Below, piece after piece: positions 9,359 to 16,758 of a stretch of 64,000 nucleotides of DNA. The stretch lies in assembly GCA_018062065.1 (NCBI GenBank), contig JAGOSX010000001.1, positions 31,070 to 95,069 of the forward strand, in the 5' to 3' direction. Under the pieces are notes generated by a model that was not told the origin of the DNA, searched no databases, and was given only the letters and a program-made list of their open reading frames with translations. This DNA is from Minisyncoccota bacterium (GTDB lineage Bacteria > Patescibacteriota > Minisyncoccia > Phycocordibacterales > UBA9973). Within the stretch, counting starts at the first letter, position 1. Each line of letters starts with the position of its first letter. The position numbers and the translations under genes were made by a program.

Positions 9359-10362
9359 TGAAAAAAATATTTTTTAAAAAAATAATTATATATTTATTTT
9401 TAACAATAACATTATTAGGTGTTTTAAGTCCTAATAATATTGTTTTTGCTCAACTTGATTTTACTGTTACCGACCAAGGAGATCCTAATGGAGACGGTAA
9501 CCCGGGAACAACAACCACGAACGCAACAATAGTAGAACCAGTACCAATTTATAACGAGAAAGAATACGAACCATTAGCTCCATTACCAGGATTAGAAGGT
9601 CCTTTAGATTTTAGCGGAGATTGTGTTTTAGGAGAATATTTAAATATTTTCATAAAAGTCTTCTTATCAATAATCACTGCTATTGCAGTAATTATGATAG
9701 TCTACGGGGGTATTAATTATCTTATGAGCGATTTAGCAAACACTAAAGAAGATGCAAAATCTTCTATCATTAACGCAATTTTAGGAATAATTATTGCTTT
9801 ATCTGCTTATATTATATTAAACACAATAAACCCCAAGCTACTTAATCTTTGTTTAAACAATATTCCAAATCAATCGATATCTGTTAGTGAATTTGACGAA
9901 CCTCAAAAATTAATAAATGGAAAATATGGAAAATATACAGCTAATGCAAAATGGGATGAAAACCTTGCTGGTGATTTTGCTAAATTACCAAGGGGTGTTA
10001 CAGTAAATTCAAAAGAATGTACTTATGTTGGTGAACGTAGTTGTACATCCACAAGAGGTTTAAATACATCTATTGTAAACAATTTGGCAAATTCATGCTG
10101 GGAAAGTAACGGTAAAAAAGATTGTAATATTATCATCACAGGAGGAACAGAAAACTGGTTACATAGTGCAAATGGGGGTCATGAACCAGGTAGTCCAGTA
10201 ATAGATGTAAGAGCCAGTACCGATGTTAATTTTTATATAACGGGTAAAGCTACTCCTCCTACAAAAGATATAACTATTACAAAAAATGGTGTAAAATATA
10301 GTTATGAGGTCGCTCATTCAAACGAAAATACAACAGGCGCACATTGGCACGTTCATTATTAA
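9358..10362 (+). CDS. VirB2/TrbC-like pilin domain (signal peptide plus two-helix hairpin) fused to a C-terminal Cys-containing domain carrying LAS/M15-type zinc-peptidase-like motifs
   Basis: 334 aa with a signal peptide. Hydrophobic helix IFIKVFLSIITAIAVIMIVYGGINYL, then loop MSDLANTKEDAKSS, then helix IINAILGIIIALSAYIILNTI give the TrbC/VirB2 topology. The C-terminal ~170 aa has six Cys, GGHEPGSPVID (H-x7-D) and a terminal HWHVHY (H-x-H). These resemble the Zn ligands of LAS/hedgehog-type D,D-peptidases (M15). Confidence 0.4.
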   Translation: MKKIFFKKIIIYLFLTITLLGVLSPNNIVFAQLDFTVTDQGDPNGDGNPGTTTTNATIVEPVPIYNEKEYEPLAPLPGLEGPLDFSGDCVLGEYLNIFIKVFLSIITAIAVIMIVYGGINYLMSDLANTKEDAKSSIINAILGIIIALSAYIILNTINPKLLNLCLNNIPNQSISVSEFDEPQKLINGKYGKYTANAKWDENLAGDFAKLPRGVTVNSKECTYVGERSCTSTRGLNTSIVNNLANSCWESNGKKDCNIIITGGTENWLHSANGGHEPGSPVIDVRASTDVNFYITGKATPPTKDITITKNGVKYSYEVAHSNENTTGAHWHVHY

Positions 10363-10367
10363 ACCAA

Positions 10368-11690
10368 ATGTCTAAAAAATTTATCATTTTAATAACAATC
10401 TTAATTCTAATTATAGTTTTGTTTTTTGGCTTTTCTTATTTAACAAAAGATAATACTAATACAAATCAAAATACCGAAAATAGTAATAAAAACTTTTTTT
10501 CCGATATTTTTAATTTCGGAAATATAACTCAAAATGAAACTGTAAACAACATAGTTGATTTTGTTACAGGCAACAATGAAGAAAAAGAAGGAGATATAGA
10601 AGAAGTTAAAAAACTTTATAAAATATCTAGCATGCCTATTACTGGTTATGGTATTTTAGAAAAAGAAGTTTACATTGAGGTTCCAGATTTACTTCCAGAA
10701 GAAGTCGATTTTAATGAAGGCAATCAAAATCAAACTGAAGCCCCTAAGACTGAATTTATTTCAGTTATTCGTTACGCGGACAAGCGTAACGGAAATATTT
10801 ACGAAAACCAAATTAACAAAACAGAAGAAAGAAAGTATTCAAATACAGAAATATTCAAAGTACACGAATCTTTATTTACAAATAGAAACACAATCATGCG
10901 TTATCTAAAAAATAACGATACTATCGTAACCTTCTTAGGGGAAATATCTAAAGACGTAATAGGAGGTGACTCAGAAAATGCTCATGAAATCTTTGGCTCT
11001 TTTTTACCAGACGGCATAAAAGATATTTCAGTATCTAAAGAAAAAAACGAATTCTTTTATTTAACAAATAGTAGAGATGGGGTAATAGGTAATTTAATAA
11101 ATGAAAAAGGGGAAAAGATTCAAGTTTTTAATTCTTCTTTCTCAGAATGGAATTCTCATTTCCCTAATAAAGATTATGTTATTTTGAATACAAGACCTTC
11201 AGGATTAGTAGATGGTTTTAGTTATATTTTAAACCTTAAAAATAAAGATTTTAATAAAATACTAGGCAACATAAAAGGCTTAACAACTCTAAGTAATAAT
11301 ACTTTATCTACTATATTATATTCAGATAATAATCTATCAATAAAATTATTTGATCTTAGTAGAGAAGAAACTAGAAATCTAAGATTAAGAACTCATCCTG
11401 AAAAATGTGTATGGAGCAATGATAACGTAATCTTGTATTGTGCTATACCAAAAGAAATCGAAGCTGATTTAATTTACCCTGATGCTTGGTATCAAGGTGA
11501 GGTGAGTTATAACGACGAGATTTGGAAAATAGATACTTACACTGGAGCAAAAACAAAATTAATCGATCCAAATACTTTATATGAGAATGAAAATATAGAT
11601 GCTATTAATTTATCTTTAGATAAAGACGAAAAAACTTTATTCTTTATGAATAAAGTTGATTCATATCTTTGGGCTCTTCGTTTAGATTAA
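10368..11690 (+). CDS. N-terminally membrane-anchored hypothetical protein (last gene of the T4SS-like locus)
   Basis: The ATG at 10368 (MSKKFIILITILILIIVLFF...) gives a start directly followed by a TM helix. The TTG at 10344 in the ORF track overlaps the upstream gene by 19 nt and is less likely. Total ~440 aa. Confidence 0.4.
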   Translation: MSKKFIILITILILIIVLFFGFSYLTKDNTNTNQNTENSNKNFFSDIFNFGNITQNETVNNIVDFVTGNNEEKEGDIEEVKKLYKISSMPITGYGILEKEVYIEVPDLLPEEVDFNEGNQNQTEAPKTEFISVIRYADKRNGNIYENQINKTEERKYSNTEIFKVHESLFTNRNTIMRYLKNNDTIVTFLGEISKDVIGGDSENAHEIFGSFLPDGIKDISVSKEKNEFFYLTNSRDGVIGNLINEKGEKIQVFNSSFSEWNSHFPNKDYVILNTRPSGLVDGFSYILNLKNKDFNKILGNIKGLTTLSNNTLSTILYSDNNLSIKLFDLSREETRNLRLRTHPEKCVWSNDNVILYCAIPKEIEADLIYPDAWYQGEVSYNDEIWKIDTYTGAKTKLIDPNTLYENENIDAINLSLDKDEKTLFFMNKVDSYLWALRLD

Positions 11691-12166
11691 ATATTACCGA
11701 TATATTTAATAACTACGTGACGATCTTTTCCTTCTCCATTTGATTCAGTTTTTAAATCAGTTTCATTAGCTAAAAATTCGTGAACAATTCTTCTGTCGAA
11801 AGGGGACATAGGGTCTATTTGAATATTTGATTTAAAATAACGAGCTCTTTCTGCCATCATGTGAGCAATTTGATGCAAATTATCTATTTTGTTTTTTTGA
11901 AAATTATTTATATCAATAATAAAATTTAATTTTTTAGTTTCATCTTTAATTTTATTTTCAATAATTCTTTTTACTATTGAATTTAAAGATTGCAAACTTT
12001 CTCCATTTCTATGAGTAAAATAGTGAGGCTCTTCAACGTAAACTCTAAACCAAGTACTATTTAAAGTATTTGGAGTGGTAACTTCTTCAATTATAATTTC
12101 CTTAATACCAATACCTAAATTAACAATTAAATCTTCTATTAATTTTTGAATTTCTTGATTATTCAT
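11687..12166 (-). CDS. jag: Jag/KhpB-like KH + R3H domain RNA-binding protein
   Basis: 159 aa. The R3H-like C-terminus is DPMSPFDRRIVHEFLANETDLKTESNGEGKDRHVVI. It is the conserved last gene of the rnpA-yidD-yidC-jag operon. Confidence 0.7.
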   Translation of the reverse strand: MNNQEIQKLIEDLIVNLGIGIKEIIIEEVTTPNTLNSTWFRVYVEEPHYFTHRNGESLQSLNSIVKRIIENKIKDETKKLNFIIDINNFQKNKIDNLHQIAHMMAERARYFKSNIQIDPMSPFDRRIVHEFLANETDLKTESNGEGKDRHVVIKYIGNI

Positions 12167-12171
12167 ATAAT

Positions 12172-12969
12172 TTAATTTACCTTATCACTCGCGATTGATG
12201 AGGTTGTAACTAATAATTTACTTTTTTTATTAATATACATTTGTTGCAATCCTCCAAAAATATTACTTGTAGCCCAATAAAGAGCAATTGCACCGGAAAT
12301 ACTATAAGCAATAAATGCTACAACAAAAGGGAAAACGTATTTCATTTGTACATGCATACTTTCACTTAAACTCTCTGCAAAACTAGGCATTTTATTTGGA
12401 TCTTTGTTTTCTGACTTTTTAGGTTTTGGCATAAATGATGCTACGAAGAATTGAGAAAGGCCGGCAATAATAGCTAAAACTAAGCTTTTTTGACTAATAT
12501 CAATAAGTCCCAAGAAAATTGTATTTAAATAGTCTGGTTTTGGTATAAAACTATATAAAACTTCAGGATTAAAATTTAAACCTTTATAAAAAACGTAATA
12601 TAAAGCAAAAATAATAGGTATTTGAATTAAAATAAGCAAACAACCAGAAAAAGGATTGGTGTTGTATTTTTTATACAATTCGAAAGTTAAACGAGCTTGT
12701 TCTTCTTTAGTTTTTCCACTATTTTTAATCTTTTCAAGTTCAGGTTGCATTTCTCTAACTTTTGCTTGACCTTTTAAGGATTTTTGAGAAAGGGGAAATA
12801 ATATAAATTTAACTAAAATAGTAAGTAAAATAACAGCAATACCTAGATCATGAAAAGGTACGACTGATACTAAAAGGGCTAAAAGATTCAAAAAAGGCTC
12901 GTATAAAAAAGTATTCCAAAGATTTAATAACATATTCTCAATTCTATACGAAAATAGCAAAAAAACCAA
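12172..12969 (-). CDS. yidC: Membrane protein insertase YidC (short Gram-positive-type form)
   Basis: 265 aa and polytopic. It shows the conserved YidC core and sits in the origin-proximal operon. Confidence 0.8.
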   Translation of the reverse strand: MVFLLFSYRIENMLLNLWNTFLYEPFLNLLALLVSVVPFHDLGIAVILLTILVKFILFPLSQKSLKGQAKVREMQPELEKIKNSGKTKEEQARLTFELYKKYNTNPFSGCLLILIQIPIIFALYYVFYKGLNFNPEVLYSFIPKPDYLNTIFLGLIDISQKSLVLAIIAGLSQFFVASFMPKPKKSENKDPNKMPSFAESLSESMHVQMKYVFPFVVAFIAYSISGAIALYWATSNIFGGLQQMYINKKSKLLVTTSSIASDKVN

Positions 12970-12978
12970 GTTTTGCTA

Positions 12979-13185
12979 TTATTTTAAAACATCAATATGA
13001 TTTTTTTGCCAAGGGTGACAACGCAAAACTCTAACCATAGAAAGGTAAAAACCCTTAAAAAACCCATATTTTATAAAGGCTTGTTTGCTATATTCCGAAC
13101 AAGAAGGATAAAAAACACAACTTGGTTTTTTATATATTCGAATATATTTTTGATAAAAATTTATTAAAAAAAGAGCAATTTTCAT
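12979..13185 (-). CDS. yidD: Membrane protein insertion efficiency factor YidD
   Basis: 68 aa. FYPSCSEYSKQA...GFFKGFYLSMVRVLRCHPW matches the YidD signature (C-x-FYPSCSEY ... RCHP). Confidence 0.8.
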   Translation of the reverse strand: MKIALFLINFYQKYIRIYKKPSCVFYPSCSEYSKQAFIKYGFFKGFYLSMVRVLRCHPWQKNHIDVLK

Positions 13186-13553
13186 TAACTTTGTTTTAAA
13201 ATAGAAATAATTTGTTTAATTTCATTTTCAAGGTTTAAAAAAGCTGTATTTTTATGATTTCCTCGCAAAGCAAATATTTCTTTACTATTTTTACCAAAAA
13301 TAAAAGATCCATTAAGGCCTAAAGGCAAATCATGTAAATATTTAGAAACAACATTATAACCCCTACGTCTTAACATATTCCGCCCAACAGCACTTTTCAT
13401 TACATTTTTAGGCACAATAAAAGAAACCCGTGTTTCAAGGTTTCCTTTATTAATATAGAATTTAAGGCTAATATTATTGGAATTTATAAATTTCCCTTGT
13501 TTAAAAATTAAATCTACAATCTTTTGACTAGTTCTATTTTTCTTGGGAATCAT
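13185..13553 (-). CDS. rnpA: Ribonuclease P protein component
   Basis: 122 aa and basic, located between rpmH and yidD. The ISLKFYI...RVSFIVPKN pattern is typical of RnpA. Confidence 0.75.
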   Translation of the reverse strand: MIPKKNRTSQKIVDLIFKQGKFINSNNISLKFYINKGNLETRVSFIVPKNVMKSAVGRNMLRRRGYNVVSKYLHDLPLGLNGSFIFGKNSKEIFALRGNHKNTAFLNLENEIKQIISILKQS

Positions 13554-13565
13554 ATTGAGCTAAAA

Positions 13566-13709
13566 CTACTTTTTCTTTACAGCTAAAGACTTACGTCCTT
13601 TTCTCATTCTCTTTAAAATAACCTTTTTACCATTTGAAGTCTTAGAACGAGACAAAAAACCGTGAGTTTTAGCTCTTTTTCTTTTATTTGGCTTGTATGT
13701 TTGTGACAT
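13566..13709 (-). CDS. rpmH: 50S ribosomal protein L34 (not in the ORF track because it is under 60 aa)
   Basis: I translated the minus strand by hand as MSQTYKPNKRKRAKTHGFLSRSKTSNGKKVILKRMRKGRKSLAVKKK. This is the L34 signature (KRxxTHGF...GRKxL). Confidence 0.8.
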   Translation of the reverse strand: MSQTYKPNKRKRAKTHGFLSRSKTSNGKKVILKRMRKGRKSLAVKKK

Positions 13710-13840
13710 GTTGGTAGTATAACAGATTTTTGATTTAAGTCAAAGCAGGGGAGTAATAAAAGGTTATCAACAATTTATCAACATAGTTAATAACTTTCGT
13801 ATATTACAGGCAGTTTTAAAAAAATAGTATAATAAACGAA

Positions 13841-15187
13841 ATGGATACAAAACAACTTTGGAAAAACTGTTTGAATGAAATTGAGCTAGGTATATCAAAA
13901 GCCAACTTTAGTACTTGGTTTAAAAATACTTCAATTTTAAAAGAAGAGGGTGGAATTATTTATATTGCGGTACCCAACGAATTCGTTAGAGATTGGCTTT
14001 TTAATAAATATCACAAATTAATAACTAAAACTATTGCTGATATATATGAGAATATGCGAGCTGTGGAATACGTTATTTCTAAAATCGAAATAAAAGAAGA
14101 AGAAAATAAAACTAACACAACCGAAACCACTGTAAACAAAGAATTACCCCTAAAAGACTTATATATAAGCCCAGAAGACAATTTAAACCCGAGATATAGA
14201 TTTGATTCTTTTATTGTTGGTGGTTTTAATGAACTTGCATATGCTGCCTCTCAAGCAATCATAGAAAACCCTGGAACAAAATATAACCCTTTCTTTGTAT
14301 ATGGAAATACAGGTCTAGGTAAAACTCACCTACTTCAAGCTGTAGGGAACTCTATTAAAGAAAAATACCAGAACAAGAAAGTTCATTATATTACCCTAGA
14401 ACGCTTTGCTACTGATTTTATTAATTCATTGCAATCAAACAAAGCTAACTCTTTTAAAGAAAAATACCGAAAATATGATCTTTTAATTATAGACGATATT
14501 CAATTCATCGGTAAAATGGAGAAAATCCAAGAAGAATTATTTCACACTTTTAATACCTTTTATGAAAACAATAAACAGATTATCTTTTCTTCAGACAAGC
14601 ACCCTAATTATATACCTGAATTAGCAGACAGATTAAAATCTAGATTTGCTCAAGGTATGATAGTTGACGTTTCTGAGCCTGAATATGAATCAAGATTAGC
14701 TATTCTAAAGGTTAAATTACGAGACCAAGGGGTTAGTTTGGATGAAGATGTAGTAAATTACATAGCAGCTACTATAAGAGGCAATATACGCGAATTAGAA
14801 GGTAGCCTGAACGCAATTGTAATGCAATATAAAATCAAAAATAAACCTCTTTCTCTTTTGGATGTTAAAAATATCTTAAAAAACAACATAAAACCTAAAA
14901 AAAGCATTTCTGTGAAAGACGTAGTTAAAGTTGTTAGTGACCACTACAACATAGAAGAAGAAACTGTTTACGACAAAACCAGAAGAAAAGAAATAGTTAA
15001 AGCTCGCCAAGTGGTAATGTACCTACTTAGAGAAGATTTTAATGTTTCATATCCTTTGATTGGTCAGAAGCTAGGGGGAAGAGACCACACAACCGTCATT
15101 CATTCATATTTAAAAATTAAAGAAGATTTAAAAAGCGATCCACAATTAATGCAAGAAATAGAGAATATAAGAATTATGTTTAAATAG
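13841..15187 (+). CDS. dnaA: Chromosomal replication initiator DnaA
   Basis: 448 aa. Walker A is GNTGLGKTHLL, Walker B is LLIIDDIQF, and the C-terminal domain is the DnaA-box-binding domain. Gene order is rpmH<-...->dnaA-dnaN. Confidence 0.95.
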   Translation: MDTKQLWKNCLNEIELGISKANFSTWFKNTSILKEEGGIIYIAVPNEFVRDWLFNKYHKLITKTIADIYENMRAVEYVISKIEIKEEENKTNTTETTVNKELPLKDLYISPEDNLNPRYRFDSFIVGGFNELAYAASQAIIENPGTKYNPFFVYGNTGLGKTHLLQAVGNSIKEKYQNKKVHYITLERFATDFINSLQSNKANSFKEKYRKYDLLIIDDIQFIGKMEKIQEELFHTFNTFYENNKQIIFSSDKHPNYIPELADRLKSRFAQGMIVDVSEPEYESRLAILKVKLRDQGVSLDEDVVNYIAATIRGNIRELEGSLNAIVMQYKIKNKPLSLLDVKNILKNNIKPKKSISVKDVVKVVSDHYNIEEETVYDKTRRKEIVKARQVVMYLLREDFNVSYPLIGQKLGGRDHTTVIHSYLKIKEDLKSDPQLMQEIENIRIMFK

Positions 15188-15400
15188 TGTGGATAAGATA
15201 TGAAAAAGTAGTGAATTAAGTTTAATAAAAAATAATTATTATTAAAATAAAAATAAATATACACAAATTAAAATAAAAATTCAAAAGTTATCAAGTTTCA
15301 AAAAACCAAATAACCTTTACAAAATATAATTAAAATAGACTTATCCACTTATCCACAATACTAACAATATTAATAAATTAAATATATAAAATATAAACAT
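15188..15400. promoter_or_regulatory. Candidate oriC/DnaA-box cluster in the dnaA-dnaN spacer. Perfect boxes TGTGGATAA (15188-15196), TTATCCACT (15341-15349) and TTATCCACA (15349-15357), plus a very AT-rich unwinding-type stretch
   Basis: I read the boxes directly from the sequence. The spacer is >85% A+T between them. Weaker TTATCAACA boxes also lie upstream of dnaA at ~13765-13790. Confidence 0.55.
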
Positions 15401-16498
15401 ATGAAGGTAGAATGTGAAATCGACAAAATCAAAAATGGAATTCTCTTAGCAGAAAAGATTACTGGTAAGAATTTAACATTACCAGTTTTAAGTTCTATTT
15501 TATTAGAAGCAACAAATAAGAGTTTAAAATTAAAAGCAATGAATTTAAGTTTAGGTATTGAAATAGAAATACCTGCTAAAATTTCAGAAGAAGGAATTTT
15601 GGCAATTTCTGGTAATTCTTTAGCTTCAGTTTTTTCTAATATTATTCAAAAAGAAAATATAATTCTAGAAGGAGAAGAAGGAAATCTTTTAATTAAAACC
15701 AAAAAGAATAAAATTAAACTAAAAGGAATGCCTTATGAAGATTTTCCTACTATACCAGTTGTTGCGGGAGACAGTTTTGAAATTGAATCTAAAAAAATAA
15801 TAGAAGGTATAAAATCTGTTTACTATAGTGCTTCGGTTTCCGATATTAAACCAGAAATTTCTAGTGTTTATGTTTATTCCAAAGAGAGTGATTTGGTTTT
15901 TGTTTCAACAGACTCTTTTCGTTTAGCTGAAAAGAAAATTAAACTTAAAAAGAGTATTGAGAATTTTAATGTATTAATCCCTTTTAAGAATATAGCCGAA
16001 ATAATGAGAGTTATTGGAGAAAATAATCAAAATATAAATATTTGTTTTAATAAAAATCAAATATCTTTTTCTTTAGATAATATTTATTTAACTTCTCGTA
16101 TTATTGATGGAATTTATCCTGACTATAGGCAAATTATTCCAAAAGAGAGTAAGACTGAAGTTGTCCTCCTTAAACAAGATTTATTAAATGCTTTAAAAAT
16201 TTCTAATATTTTTTCTGATAAATTTAATCAATTAAACCTATCTATTAATACCAAAGATAAGATTTTTGAATTTTCTTCGTCAAATAATGATGTTGGTGAA
16301 AATAAAACTTATTTGGATGCAGTATTAAAAGGGGAGGATATTAATTTGTCTTTTAATTATAAGTATTTTTTGGATGCTTTCGCTTCTTTGTCTACCGATA
16401 GTGTTTCTATTAAATTAGATGGCCCTCAAAAACCTATGGTTATTAATTCTGTTTCTGATAATTCTTTCACTTATTTAATAATGCCAATGAATAGATAA
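15401..16498 (+). CDS. dnaN: DNA polymerase III beta sliding clamp
   Basis: 365 aa with a three-domain beta-clamp pattern, located immediately after dnaA. Confidence 0.9.
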   Translation: MKVECEIDKIKNGILLAEKITGKNLTLPVLSSILLEATNKSLKLKAMNLSLGIEIEIPAKISEEGILAISGNSLASVFSNIIQKENIILEGEEGNLLIKTKKNKIKLKGMPYEDFPTIPVVAGDSFEIESKKIIEGIKSVYYSASVSDIKPEISSVYVYSKESDLVFVSTDSFRLAEKKIKLKKSIENFNVLIPFKNIAEIMRVIGENNQNINICFNKNQISFSLDNIYLTSRIIDGIYPDYRQIIPKESKTEVVLLKQDLLNALKISNIFSDKFNQLNLSINTKDKIFEFSSSNNDVGENKTYLDAVLKGEDINLSFNYKYFLDAFASLSTDSVSIKLDGPQKPMVINSVSDNSFTYLIMPMNR

Positions 16499-16500
16499 TT

Positions 16501-16758
16501 ATGATAGAGATAAAAGATCTCTTACTAAGATTTAATAAATTAATCGACAATGAAGAAATTAAGATTTCTTTGATTAGAGAAAGTATTTTAGAGGTTTTAA
16601 AAATTGATATTCCTAAAAATAAAATTTTTTTTAAAAATGGTATTCTTAAACTTGATATTAATTCTATTTATAAAAATGAAATATTTTTAAATTGGGAAAA
16701 AATATCTAAAAAGATAGGAGAAAAAAGTAATGTTAAAAACATCAGAAAAGTATTTTAA
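16501..16758 (+). CDS. Small hypothetical protein downstream of dnaN (possibly DUF721/DciA-like, weak)
   Basis: 85 aa. The position after dnaN and a C-terminal pattern GILKLDINSIYKNEIFLNWEKI loosely resemble DUF721 proteins. No strong motif was found. Confidence 0.25.
   Translation: MIEIKDLLLRFNKLIDNEEIKISLIRESILEVLKIDIPKNKIFFKNGILKLDINSIYKNEIFLNWEKISKKIGEKSNVKNIRKVF

Noticed and set aside
10344-10367. TTG start at 10344 for the membrane-anchored protein
   Set aside because: It overlaps the upstream gene by 19 nt. The ATG at 10368 directly precedes the TM helix and is the more plausible start.
7635-10908. ORFs 7635-7850(-), 9148-9330(-) and 10675-10908(+)
   Set aside because: They are embedded in or antisense to larger genes (the VirB4, secreted-protein and 10368 genes) and are short and compositionally atypical.
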